Part shown: piece after piece, positions 27,475 through 36,753 of the stretch
Numbering within the stretch: the stretch's first letter is position 1
Layout of the letters: each line of letters opens with the position of its first letter
Translations under genes and position numbers: made by a program
The notes under the pieces: model-generated
What the model saw: only the letters and a program-made list of their open reading frames with translations
The model's database searches: none
What the model was told of the DNA's origin: nothing
Source of the DNA: Candidatus Methanomethylophilaceae archaeon
Lineage (GTDB): Archaea > Thermoplasmatota > Thermoplasmata > Methanomassiliicoccales > Methanomethylophilaceae
Reading direction: 5' to 3'
Length of the DNA: 55,713 nucleotides
NCBI GenBank assembly: GCA_050944155.1
Contig: JBMNQN010000006.1
Coordinates: 1-55,713, forward strand

Positions 27475-27705
27475 TTATTCCAGATCTTCTCTGGAATCGA
27501 GGGCTTTTCTGAGCATAACGGCCTCTTCGTTGGAGAGCGTTACGCCTTTGCCCATTTTGCTTTTGTCGGGAGACCACTCTCTTATGTCGTACTTCGGTTC
27601 CCTTCCGTTCCAGCTTATGAGGTTAAGTTCCTTGGTCCATCCTTTGGACGAAGCGGAAAGCTTTGCGATTTCTTCGACGATTTCATATGTAAACTTGTCA
27701 GCCAT
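27475..27705 (-). CDS. YdbC/PC4-like ssDNA-binding protein
   Basis: KGWTKELNLISWNGREPKYDIREWSPDKSKMGKGVTL. Confidence 0.9.
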   Translation of the reverse strand: MADKFTYEIVEEIAKLSASSKGWTKELNLISWNGREPKYDIREWSPDKSKMGKGVTLSNEEAVMLRKALDSREDLE

Positions 27706-27877
27706 TAGGTCAGCACCTTCCGGTGCCATCTTCATAATAATATAAATAAATGCGCGGGCGGGCCGGGAACGTACGGACGCGCGGTCCCGATGAGTTGGAT
27801 GTATCTTTGGAGTGAATTTACATAAAATCGTGATAAAAAGGAACAGTTTAAATATCGGGAAACAGTGTTACCTACCT

Positions 27878-28489
27878 ATGTCATTCTTTGACAACCCTAA
27901 AAACTTCGGTCTGGCAGCCGTAATCATCGGTATTGTCAGCTTGATAACGGGAATCGTTAACGCGGTAAACGCTGCGATCGCCGACCCCATGCTGGAAGGC
28001 GCTCTCGTAGCATCCGTGGGTACCATACTCTACGGTATCCTGATTCTCGGAATCGGACTGCCCATTTACAGGGGCGAGGACACTAACACGCTCAGCATTC
28101 TCGGCAAATTCGTCCGCTTCGTCGGAGTGGCCACCATCGTTGTTAACATATTCATCGGTGCCGGTCAGATCGTCGACGGCGACACCGCCGTCGGTGCTAC
28201 CACGATCGTCGTCGGACTGATTCTCGGTCTGATCCTCATTTGGATCGCCGGAAGGATAGTCGACGGAAAAGTCGACACTCTCGACAGGATCGTATGGATT
28301 ATCCTCGTTGTCGTGTTCCTCATACTGACGATCTTCTCCCTTGTGGGAATCTTCACCGCCTTCATGGGCGATGCGGAAATACTCGACAAGGCCCTCAGGT
28401 CGATCATCAGTCTCTGTGAATTCATACTGTACATCTTCCTTCTTATCGGAGTCCTTTCGGACGACGTCAAGACAAAGATGGGAATGTAA
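27878..28489 (+). CDS. Polytopic (about 6 TM) membrane protein of unknown function
   Basis: Six hydrophobic segments; strong C-ending codon bias; TTTAAATA 24-31 nt upstream of ATG. Confidence 0.8.
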   Translation: MSFFDNPKNFGLAAVIIGIVSLITGIVNAVNAAIADPMLEGALVASVGTILYGILILGIGLPIYRGEDTNTLSILGKFVRFVGVATIVVNIFIGAGQIVDGDTAVGATTIVVGLILGLILIWIAGRIVDGKVDTLDRIVWIILVVVFLILTIFSLVGIFTAFMGDAEILDKALRSIISLCEFILYIFLLIGVLSDDVKTKMGM

Positions 28490-28514
28490 GTTCGCAGAAT
28501 CGGCAATCCGATCT

Positions 28515-28533
28515 AAACCTTTTCCCTTTTTTT
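28515..28533 (+). terminator. AAACCTTTTCC 3' motif, copy 2, plus T-tract
   Basis: Starts 26 nt after a stop codon; followed by T7. Confidence 0.55.
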
Positions 28534-28725
28534 CCATTTTATGTTTTCTGCGGGTGAAGCATGTTTTTCGTCTGTTTCACGGATTCGTTTCAAAGACTCA
28601 GACTTCCGGAAACGTTGTTTCTCCGCACTCATAATACTTATATCGGAGAGACGCTTTTAAAACGTCAAAATACGGTTGGATACTCGAATTGTTCAAAGGA
28701 ATACTGACGAACGGGTTGTGCTGAA

Positions 28726-30015
28726 ATGGATACGGGACTCGTCGCAACTCTTGTTATACTGATTTTCGCCCTCGTTTTATGCTCCGTATATTTTTCTGTC
28801 TCGGAAATGACGTACTCCAGCATGAATTCCATCCGTCTCAAGAAAATGGAATCGGACGGAATCAAGAACGCGGATAAAGCGCTGGCACTGTCCGAAAATT
28901 TCGACAAACTTCTGACCACGATCCTCGTGGGCAACAACATCGTGAACATCGCCGCGTCCACCGTCTGCGCGATGCTTTTCACCGAACACCTTATGCCGGC
29001 CAATCCGGCTCTGGCAACGGTTCTAGCAACTCTGATCATGACGGTAATCATACTGATTTTCGGAGAGATTATACCGAAAAGCATGGCAAAACGCAACGCC
29101 GAGCGTTACGCACCAAAACTCGCTCCTTCTCTGACGTTCGCGTGCACCGTTTTCACTCCGATTACCTGGGTTTTCACCAAGATGACGTCCTTCCTTACCA
29201 AGAACTCAGAAGAGGACAACGTAACCCTCACGGAAGACGAACTCGTCGTCATGATAGACGAAATCGAGGAAGAGGGAACCCTGGAGAAAACCGAAAGCAA
29301 CCTAATTAAATCCGCAATCATTTTCGACGATACGACTCTCTCTCAGGTATACATACCCAGAGTGGACGTAGTGGCCGCCGACAAAGACACGAACATGGAC
29401 GGGCTGAAAGACATATTCCTCCATGCTGGTTTCTCGAGAATACCCATTTACGACGGAAACATAGACCGCATAATCGGAGTGGTAAACTCCAAAGATTTCT
29501 ACAGAAGGTATGTGAGCGGAGACAACTTCAACCTCACGGACATCATAATGCAGATTAAGTTCTTCGACGAATCCACCAGCATCGCCGAAGTCCTTTCGGC
29601 TTTGCAGAAATCCAAGGTCCACATGGCAGTCGTTCTGGATGCGTACGGAGGAACTCTGGGTATAGTTACCCTGGAAGACATAATAGAGGAGCTCGTGGGC
29701 GAGATATGGGACGAAACCGACGATGTCCGTATGCCGGTAACTCTTGAGGCGGACGGTTCGTACACGGTCATCGGAGACGCCAACATATACGACGTGATGG
29801 ACGAACTGGGTCAGAAGTTCGACGCGGGAGATTATCCCGATTACAACGTAAGCGGTTACATACAGTACATGCTGGGCGGGATACCTTACAGAGGGGCCAG
29901 GGTGGATACGGAAAACGTTACGATAACCGTAAAAACCATCAAGGGACGCCGGGTGAAGGACGCGAAGTTCGAAATCAAGGAGCATCCCGAAGAATCCCAG
30001 CAAAGTAGTTCCTGA
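28726..30015 (+). CDS. HlyC/CorC (CNNM/DUF21-CBS-CorC) Mg2+/metal transporter family protein
   Basis: FSVSEMTY, TILVGNNIVNI, FGEIIPK, FSRIPIY, GIVTLEDIIEELVGEIWDE. Confidence 0.9.
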   Translation: MDTGLVATLVILIFALVLCSVYFSVSEMTYSSMNSIRLKKMESDGIKNADKALALSENFDKLLTTILVGNNIVNIAASTVCAMLFTEHLMPANPALATVLATLIMTVIILIFGEIIPKSMAKRNAERYAPKLAPSLTFACTVFTPITWVFTKMTSFLTKNSEEDNVTLTEDELVVMIDEIEEEGTLEKTESNLIKSAIIFDDTTLSQVYIPRVDVVAADKDTNMDGLKDIFLHAGFSRIPIYDGNIDRIIGVVNSKDFYRRYVSGDNFNLTDIIMQIKFFDESTSIAEVLSALQKSKVHMAVVLDAYGGTLGIVTLEDIIEELVGEIWDETDDVRMPVTLEADGSYTVIGDANIYDVMDELGQKFDAGDYPDYNVSGYIQYMLGGIPYRGARVDTENVTITVKTIKGRRVKDAKFEIKEHPEESQQSSS

Positions 30016-30412
30016 GATTTTCCAGTGCCAGTTCTTTTCTCGAAGGATACGAAGCGACTTTGCAGACTATCGAAATCACGTCCCCTCCGGAACCCGTTTC
30101 GTAAGTTCCCAGAACGGCTTTCTGTTTGTCGAGACGCATGTAAAACGTGCAGTCGTCGTCCAGACGTTCCTCGGCTTCGTCAAGCATCCGTTCTATCGAC
30201 TTTTTTTCTATCCGCGAGAACATTCCGTCAATCAGTTTTTTCTTCTTTATTTCGCAGTCCATTATGACGGTGATGTTTCCGAATTCCCCCTCGCATATGT
30301 CTTCGGTCCATTCGGTTCCCACGAGACCGCCTAAAGCTTCGGAAATCTTCTCCTTGTCTTCCGTTGCGAGGCAGAACACCCTTACTCTGACCCAGTGGAA
30401 AGTTTCCGTCAT
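29975..30412 (-). CDS. Archaeal RNA-binding domain protein (DUF54 family)
   Basis: ATEDKEKI, EGEFGNIT, FYMRLDKQ, KVASYP. Confidence 0.8.
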   Translation of the reverse strand: MTETFHWVRVRVFCLATEDKEKISEALGGLVGTEWTEDICEGEFGNITVIMDCEIKKKKLIDGMFSRIEKKSIERMLDEAEERLDDDCTFYMRLDKQKAVLGTYETGSGGDVISIVCKVASYPSRKELALENLRNYFAGILRDAP

Positions 30413-30885
30413 TCTTCCTCCGGCTGCTTTTTTTCGGCTTTGGGAAGGAGATTAGCCAGTTCTTCCGCTCTCTTCGAAGATACGGCGACCACCGAACCGT
30501 GGGTGATGAACACGACTCCGGTTTCGCATCCGGCACAGAGATAGTTTCTGTATCTGAGACCTCTGATTCCGATTCCCGCATAGTTTCTGATGCTATTGAT
30601 GTCTCCGAAGCGGCGGTCCCTGATCTTTTCCATGCGGTATCTTCTGGTTTTCCAGTATTTTATGACGACCGCGTCTTCGTAGACCGACGTTTCGAGATAG
30701 AACAAGTATCCGATACCCAGAGTGACGGCGGTTACGGCCGCGAAGACCGCAAAAAACCACGGACTCACCCATCCCAGGGCGGCACACACTCCGATGAAAG
30801 CGAGAGTGGGTATCAGGAGAACCGCAAGAGCTTTTCTGGCTATATCGGGAACTACCGGTATTTTTTCGAAGAAAACGGGCTCCAT
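30409..30885 (-). CDS. Two-TM membrane protein with probable PH-like soluble domain
   Basis: Two TM helices, then YAGIGIR...VAVSSKRAEELA; ATGA overlap with the next gene. Confidence 0.7.
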   Translation of the reverse strand: MEPVFFEKIPVVPDIARKALAVLLIPTLAFIGVCAALGWVSPWFFAVFAAVTAVTLGIGYLFYLETSVYEDAVVIKYWKTRRYRMEKIRDRRFGDINSIRNYAGIGIRGLRYRNYLCAGCETGVVFITHGSVVAVSSKRAEELANLLPKAEKKQPEEE

Positions 30886-30955
30886 GGGCGCCGATTGGCA
30901 TTCCAGGGTTAATTATTTTCCGCATTTTCCGGCAATCGGGAGGCTGATGGGAATC

Positions 30956-30964
30956 TTTATATTA
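30956..30964 (+). promoter_or_regulatory. TATA box of tRNA-Ile
   Basis: TTTATATTA 25-33 nt upstream of the mature 5' end. Confidence 0.6.
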
Positions 30965-30988
30965 TACTTCTTTATTGGAGACCTGTCA

Positions 30989-31066
30989 GGGCCCATAGCT
31001 TAGCCTGGTTGGAGCGCCCGGCTGATAACCGGGAGGTCATGTGTTCGAATCACATTGGGCCCACCA
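30989..31066 (+). tRNA. tRNA-Ile(GAT), CCA encoded
   Basis: Acceptor stem GGGCCCA/TGGGCCC; anticodon arm CCCGG-CT-GAT-AA-CCGGG; TTCGAAT T-loop; ends ACCA. Confidence 0.96.
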
Positions 31067-31126
31067 TAACCTATCTGGCTCATTTCCCGGAACGCACTTC
31101 CGTCCGTGTTGCTTTCTTTCCGGAAA

Positions 31127-31714
31127 TCAGAACCTAAGATTTCTCATAACGTATCTGAGAACGAAAATGTCTTCGAACTTGGCCGAAGGCACAGTTGCCT
31201 TTCCGAAAAAGCTGGCACCGTCCCATTTAAGGTCGGAGAGTTCTCTCATCCTCTGCATCATGCTCCCCGTCTCCATGCCGAAACGTTCGTCGAAAAAGTA
31301 TGCGGTTATCGCAACAGGCACTCCGTTTTTCATGAACAGGTTGACCTTTTTCCAGGTTTCGTCGTTCAGGGTTTTGGAAAATTCGGGAACCAGGGGCCGT
31401 ATTTCCGCCATTTTCTTTTCGGCAATACCCTGACGCACTTCTATGGGAACCGAAGATATGCCGGCGCGTACTCTGTTCATTATGTATCCCAGATCTCCGG
31501 TGAATTCTTTGCCGCACCTGCCGTAGGAAAACAGGTCGGACAGTTCGTTGCAGGTCGACGAGAATATTGTTTCGACAGAAATGTCCCGGGACTGCGGCTG
31601 GGAGGCATAGGAAAATGTCTGCTGCGGACTGTTCGTTACAGGGAATCCGCAGTTTGCGCAGAACCTGGCGCCTTCCGGCAGGCTCCTTCCGCATTTCGTA
31701 CAAAAACCGGGCAT
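31127..31714 (-). CDS. N-terminal zinc-ribbon protein of unknown function
   Basis: FCTKCGRSLPEGARFCANCG, then a Q/S/P linker and an unrecognised domain. Confidence 0.75.
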   Translation of the reverse strand: MPGFCTKCGRSLPEGARFCANCGFPVTNSPQQTFSYASQPQSRDISVETIFSSTCNELSDLFSYGRCGKEFTGDLGYIMNRVRAGISSVPIEVRQGIAEKKMAEIRPLVPEFSKTLNDETWKKVNLFMKNGVPVAITAYFFDERFGMETGSMMQRMRELSDLKWDGASFFGKATVPSAKFEDIFVLRYVMRNLRF

Positions 31715-32059
31715 AACGGAAGTATTCTTCCGGCATTATATCAACGTTATCGGGTCCGTTTCCCAAACCCGCGAAACGGGTGTTTTCGTCGGACGGGGAC
31801 GGATTTTTACGTGCTGTGCCACTCGAAAACAGACTGTCCCGAGCGGCAGATACCATGTCTGAGAAAACATAGGAGAACAGAAATTTCCGGCTTTCCGTCA
31901 ATCGGGATAACCAGCCGGGCAGGAACCGATTAAATCCGTCTTAGACGCGGAACCGGAATAATCGACCGTTGTAATGCTGCAACAATCCTTCCCTACGGCG
32001 GCAACATCGGGAAAGGTCCGTATTCGTTCGATGAGTAATATTTCGACAGAATGTCAGAG

Positions 32060-32132
32060 TGGGCCCGCCCGGATTTGAACCGGAGTCTATAGCTCCCGAA
32101 GCTACAAGTATACCAAGCTAGCCCACGGGCCC
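32060..32132 (-). tRNA. tRNA-Pro(CGG), CCA not encoded
   Basis: Acceptor stem GGGCCCG/CGGGCCC-A; anticodon arm GTAGC-TT-CGG-GA-GCTAT; TTCAAAT T-loop. Confidence 0.92.
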
Positions 32133-32182
32133 GACATACGTTGAAGTTACATTCCCGATAAAAAGATGTTGGTCTCCCGCAC

Positions 32183-34819
32183 TCAGTTTCCGGATATCAT
32201 GCCCCTGAGCACGGTCTGGAGTATTCCGCCGTTAGCCAGATATTCTATTTCGGCGGGAACGTCCGCTCTGCACACGGTATCGAATTCCAGTTTCATTCCG
32301 TCTCTGTACGCCGTAACGCGGACGGTGCCTTTGGGTTCCAAGCCTTCCAGGCCTATGTGGAAAGTTTCGGTGCCGTTCAGTTTCAGGGTTTCCGGATTCT
32401 GGCCCTCCAGGAACTGCAGGGGAACGATACCCATTCCCACAAGATTCGACCGGTGGATCCTTTCGAAAGATTCGGCTATGACTGCTCTCACTCCCAGAAG
32501 GAGAGGGCCTTTTGCCGCCCAGTCTCTGGAACTTCCCGTCCCGTATTCCTTTCCGGCGATGACGATCAGCGGGGTTTTTTCTTCCAGGTATTTCCGCGAG
32601 GTTTCGAAAATCGTTCCGGTGCTTCCGTCGGGGAAGAACACGGAACGGCTTCCCTCGGTTCCCGGCACGAGTTTGTTCTTAAGCCTGATGTTGGCGAAGG
32701 TTCCGCGGACCATGACTTCGTGGTTAGCCCTGCGGGAACCGTAGGAGTTGAAATCTCTTTCTTTTACTTCATGTGCCAGAAGATATTTTCCCGCGTCGCT
32801 GTCGGCCGAGAAGGAACCTGCGGGAGAAATGTGGTCCGTGGTAATCGAATCGCCCAGCTCGGCGAGGCATCTTGCGCCTTCTATGTTTTTGATTCCCGGT
32901 TTTTCCGACAGACCGTCGAAGAAGGGCGGGTTTCTGATATACGTTGATTTTTCGTCCCAGCCGAACAGGGGGGAACTGCTGCCGGGAATCTTTTCCCACA
33001 TGTCCGAGCCTTTGAATATGTTGGCGTATTCTTTGCGGAAGGCTTCCGGCGTCACGTGTTTTTCGATTACTTCGTTTATTTCCCCTTCTTCCGGCCAGAT
33101 GTCCCTCAGGAAAATCTTCTTTCCGCCGGATTCCCCAATGGGCTCCGTTTCGAAGTCGATGTCGATTCTTCCGGCCAGGGCATAGGCGACCACCAGAGGA
33201 GGGGAAGCGAGATAGTTGGCTTTGACCAGCGGGTGTATCCTTCCTTCGAAGTTTCTGTTGCTGGAAGCCACGGCGGCTACGGCCAAATCTTTTTCTTTGA
33301 TCTGTTTGGAAACACTGTCGGACAGGGGACCGCTGTTTCCGATGCATGTCATGCATCCGTACCCGCAGACGTGGAATCCCAGTTTTTCAAGGTACGGGAG
33401 AAGTCCGGAAGTTTTCAGATACTCCGTCACGACCCTGGATCCCGGGGCAAGGGAGGTCTTCACGAAATCTTTTTTCGAAAGACCCAGTTCGCAGGCTTTT
33501 TTGGCGAGTATTCCCGCCGCAGCCATGACCGAAGGGTTGGCTGTGTTGGTGCACGAGGTTATTGATGCGATTACCACCGAACCGTCGCCCAACTTCTCCG
33601 CGGAGGGTTCCCTTCTGGTTTTTACGTTGAGCTCTTCCAGAGTGGATGCGAAACGTTTCTTCATTTCCGAAAGAGGTATTCTGTCCTGGGGACGTTTGTG
33701 TCCCGCAAGGGAGGGTTCCACGGTACTCAGATCCAATTCTATAACGTCGGTGAATTCCGGTTCGCCCTCGTACAGAAGTTTCTGTTCTTCGGCGTACTTT
33801 TCGATGACGTCTATGAGTTCGGGACTCCTTCCGGTGAGTCTGAGGTATTCTATCGTTTTGCCGTCGACGGGACAGTATCCCGCGGTGGCTCCGTATTCGG
33901 GCGCCATGTTTGCAAGGGTCGCTCTGTCGGCAAGTGCCAGTTCCGAATATCCGGGACCGCAGAACTCCACGAATTTTCCTACCACGCCTTTCTCCCTGAG
34001 CATCTGCACGCAGGTGAGGACCAAATCCGTGGCCGTAACTCCCGGCTTAAGTTTGCCGGTGAGTCTGAATCCGATTACGTCGGGGAGCTTCATGTAGCTG
34101 GGCTGTCCCACCATGACGGCTTCGGCCTCTATTCCGCCCACGCCCCATCCCAGGACTCCCAGTCCGTTAATCTGCGTGGTGTGGGAGTCGGTTCCGAAGC
34201 AGGAATCGGGATATGCGATTTTTTCTCCGTTTACTTCTTTCACGTGGATGAGGGGAGAAAGATATTCAAGATTTACCTGATGGCAGATTCCGTTTCCGGG
34301 AGGAACTACGCGGAAGTTCGAAAAGGAACCCTGGGCCCATTTGAACAGGGCGTATCTCTCTCTGTTTCTTTCGAATTCCAGTTTTTCGTTGAGTTTTTCC
34401 GCATCGGGAGTACCGGCATAATCGGTCTGTACGGAGTGGTCTATCACCAGATCGACGGGAACGAGCGGGTTGATTGTTTCAGGGTCGAGTCCCATTTTTC
34501 CCACGGCGGCTCTCATGGAAGCGAGATCGGCGACCGCCGCTCCCCCGGTAAGGTCCTGAAGGAGAACTCTGGCGGGAATCCACGGTATGTCCTTGTCGGA
34601 ATTGCCGGAGGGGTTCCACGACGCGGCAGTGATAACATCCTCGTCGGAAATCAGTTTTCCGTCCCTCTGTCTGAGCATGGATTCGGCTATGATTCTGACG
34701 GAATAGGGCATCTTGGAAAGGTCTTTTATTATTCCCTTTTTCTCAAGTTCCCTGAGGCTGAATACAGTTACGTCTCCCATTTCCGTTTTTATCTTTTTTC
34801 TGCAGTTGCCGATTTCCAT
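32183..34819 (-). CDS. acnA: Aconitate hydratase A (AcnA/IRP family)
   Basis: RVLLQDLTG, DLVIDHSVQ, GTDSHT, ITSCTNT, GCMTCIGNSG, NRNFEGR, ITTDHISP, GSSRDWAAKG. Confidence 0.94.
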   Translation of the reverse strand: MEIGNCRKKIKTEMGDVTVFSLRELEKKGIIKDLSKMPYSVRIIAESMLRQRDGKLISDEDVITAASWNPSGNSDKDIPWIPARVLLQDLTGGAAVADLASMRAAVGKMGLDPETINPLVPVDLVIDHSVQTDYAGTPDAEKLNEKLEFERNRERYALFKWAQGSFSNFRVVPPGNGICHQVNLEYLSPLIHVKEVNGEKIAYPDSCFGTDSHTTQINGLGVLGWGVGGIEAEAVMVGQPSYMKLPDVIGFRLTGKLKPGVTATDLVLTCVQMLREKGVVGKFVEFCGPGYSELALADRATLANMAPEYGATAGYCPVDGKTIEYLRLTGRSPELIDVIEKYAEEQKLLYEGEPEFTDVIELDLSTVEPSLAGHKRPQDRIPLSEMKKRFASTLEELNVKTRREPSAEKLGDGSVVIASITSCTNTANPSVMAAAGILAKKACELGLSKKDFVKTSLAPGSRVVTEYLKTSGLLPYLEKLGFHVCGYGCMTCIGNSGPLSDSVSKQIKEKDLAVAAVASSNRNFEGRIHPLVKANYLASPPLVVAYALAGRIDIDFETEPIGESGGKKIFLRDIWPEEGEINEVIEKHVTPEAFRKEYANIFKGSDMWEKIPGSSSPLFGWDEKSTYIRNPPFFDGLSEKPGIKNIEGARCLAELGDSITTDHISPAGSFSADSDAGKYLLAHEVKERDFNSYGSRRANHEVMVRGTFANIRLKNKLVPGTEGSRSVFFPDGSTGTIFETSRKYLEEKTPLIVIAGKEYGTGSSRDWAAKGPLLLGVRAVIAESFERIHRSNLVGMGIVPLQFLEGQNPETLKLNGTETFHIGLEGLEPKGTVRVTAYRDGMKLEFDTVCRADVPAEIEYLANGGILQTVLRGMISGN

Positions 34820-34900
34820 GGACGACGGATAACTGGACTCCGTATATGTAACTTAACCGGAAATCAGTTTTTTTTCAATAAGGATAATATAAATAACGGC

Positions 34901-35452
34901 ATGGCGGAAAGCATGATCGACGCGGACATTCTTTACTGGATTCACGCCAGCCTTTCTTCCGGCGCCATGGATGCGGTTATGAAAGCCGTTACAATGTCCG
35001 GAAATTACGCCGCGGTCTGGTTAATCGTGTCTGCCGTCCTCATACTCAGGAAGCCGACCAGGAATGCGGGGACCGTCATGATTTTAGCGTTGGTTGCGGG
35101 ACACGTTCTGAACGATTATGTAATCAAAGAAATTGTGGCAAGACCCAGACCCTTCGTGGAAGACCCGTCGATAGTTCTGATAATAGATCCGCCCGGCGGG
35201 TATTCTTTCGCTTCCGGCCACACCGTCAAAGCGTTCGCCGCAGCCTTTGCTCTGTTCATATACGAAAGGAAGTGGGGAAGCGTCGCGTTATGTTATGCAG
35301 CGCTTATGGGATTCTCCAGGATGTATCTCTGTATCCATTATCCGTCGGACGTTGTTGCGGGAGCGTTCATAGGAATATTCTGCGCTCTTCTGGTGTATTA
35401 CATTATGAAAAATGTGGATAAGAGGTTTGAAGTTTCTTCCGAAGGCGGATGA
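34901..35452 (+). CDS. PAP2-family membrane phosphatase
   Basis: KEIVARPRP, SFASGH, SRMYLCIHYPSDV. Confidence 0.9.
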   Translation: MAESMIDADILYWIHASLSSGAMDAVMKAVTMSGNYAAVWLIVSAVLILRKPTRNAGTVMILALVAGHVLNDYVIKEIVARPRPFVEDPSIVLIIDPPGGYSFASGHTVKAFAAAFALFIYERKWGSVALCYAALMGFSRMYLCIHYPSDVVAGAFIGIFCALLVYYIMKNVDKRFEVSSEGG

Positions 35453-35453
35453 A

Positions 35454-35846
35454 TCACTCGTCCCATTCGGCGAAGAGCTTTGCGATTCCTTTTTTGGCCG
35501 TGGACCAGCAGGGAACTCCGCCGGTGAGTACGGCAACGTTTACGGCTTCGAGAATCTCTTCTTTTGTCGCGCCGTAGTTTTTGGCCACCTTCGCCTGGGG
35601 GTATACGCAGTCTTCGCACATCCTCACGCACACGCAGGACAGGGCCATCAGTCTTTTCGTCTTCTTGTCGAGGGCTCCGTCTTCCACGAGGACTTTGTCC
35701 ATACTGTGGAGAAGGGTGATGAGTCCGGGGTCGAGCTCTTTGATGGCTTTGAGGGTCTCGGGTGCGAAATTACCCATGTTTCTGCACATTTCCCCGAATT
35801 TCTTTTCGCCTTCCGCGCAATCCTTTTCCTTGTTTTTGCACTGCAT
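35454..35846 (-). CDS. Carboxymuconolactone decarboxylase/AhpD-family protein
   Basis: GALDKKTKRLMAL, CEDC, GATKEEILEA. Confidence 0.85.
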   Translation of the reverse strand: MQCKNKEKDCAEGEKKFGEMCRNMGNFAPETLKAIKELDPGLITLLHSMDKVLVEDGALDKKTKRLMALSCVCVRMCEDCVYPQAKVAKNYGATKEEILEAVNVAVLTGGVPCWSTAKKGIAKLFAEWDE

Positions 35847-35885
35847 GATTGCGAACCGATGCGCACACACTTTAATTTATGGTTG

Positions 35886-36677
35886 TCACGCGTATTCGGG
35901 TGACATTCCGAAAGCAGCCATCTCTTCTCTTACGGTTCTGCGCAGGATTTCGAAATTTTCTTCGGAATTGGCGGCTATGAACGGCCCCTCGTTTTCGAAA
36001 GATTCTTTTCCGTTCATGGAACCGCAGAATCCTCCCGCCTCCCTGAGGATGAGGCCTCCGGCCGCGTGGTCCCAGGGCTGAAGATTCGCTTCGTAATAAA
36101 TGTCGATTCTGCCGTGTGCCAGCAGACACAGTTCGTATGCTGCGGTTCCGAAGCGTCTGATGTCTTCGCACAGGGGCAGAAGTCTGCGGGATACGCCGAA
36201 ACACATTTCCGCGAATTCTTTTTTGTAGGCGCTCCAGGAGGTACAGAACATGGAGTTGCTCAGAGGCCTGGAGGAAACCGAAAGTCTTTCGTTTCCCAGG
36301 AAGGATCCCTTTCCCGCTTCCGCTCTGTACATTTCTCCGGTGTAAGGCTGGTATACTACGCCCGCAACGGTTTCGTTTCCTTCCCTGAGGGCGACCGAAA
36401 CGGTGCTCATTTTCAAATCTCTGGCATAATTGGACGTTCCGTCTATGGGGTCCACGATCCAAACGGTTTTTCCCGGCTGTCCGTGTTCAGATTCTTCGCC
36501 TATGAACGATGAACCTTCGACCAATTCCGTTAGTTTTTCTCTAAGAAAAGCCTCCACCTTAAGATCGGCGGTGGTCACAAGATTTTCCCGGGTTCCCTTG
36601 GTGCGTATGCCGAGCCCCGTCCGGTCCTTCATTATTTCCCCCGCTTCTTCGACGATGTTCAGCAGTTCTTCCATCAT
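35886..36677 (-). CDS. Inositol monophosphatase family (IMPase/HisN-like)
   Basis: LVTTAD, IGEE, WIVDPIDGTSNY, WDHAAGGLILREAGG. Confidence 0.9.
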   Translation of the reverse strand: MMEELLNIVEEAGEIMKDRTGLGIRTKGTRENLVTTADLKVEAFLREKLTELVEGSSFIGEESEHGQPGKTVWIVDPIDGTSNYARDLKMSTVSVALREGNETVAGVVYQPYTGEMYRAEAGKGSFLGNERLSVSSRPLSNSMFCTSWSAYKKEFAEMCFGVSRRLLPLCEDIRRFGTAAYELCLLAHGRIDIYYEANLQPWDHAAGGLILREAGGFCGSMNGKESFENEGPFIAANSEENFEILRRTVREEMAAFGMSPEYA

Positions 36678-36753
36678 GCTTCCCCCTATGCCGGCGGAAT
36701 TATATCCTTTTGACTGACGACTTTTTTTAAATTTGCAGGCGGATACCGTTCCG

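Noticed and set aside
31855-31974. 39-codon ORF with two in-frame TAGs as a pyrrolysine protein
   Set aside because: No RBS, no recognisable motif and atypical composition; consistent with chance.
33698-34900. 584-aa ORF suggesting a long PAP2 fusion
   Set aside because: The first ~400 codons are antisense to acnA; PAP2 starts at 34901.
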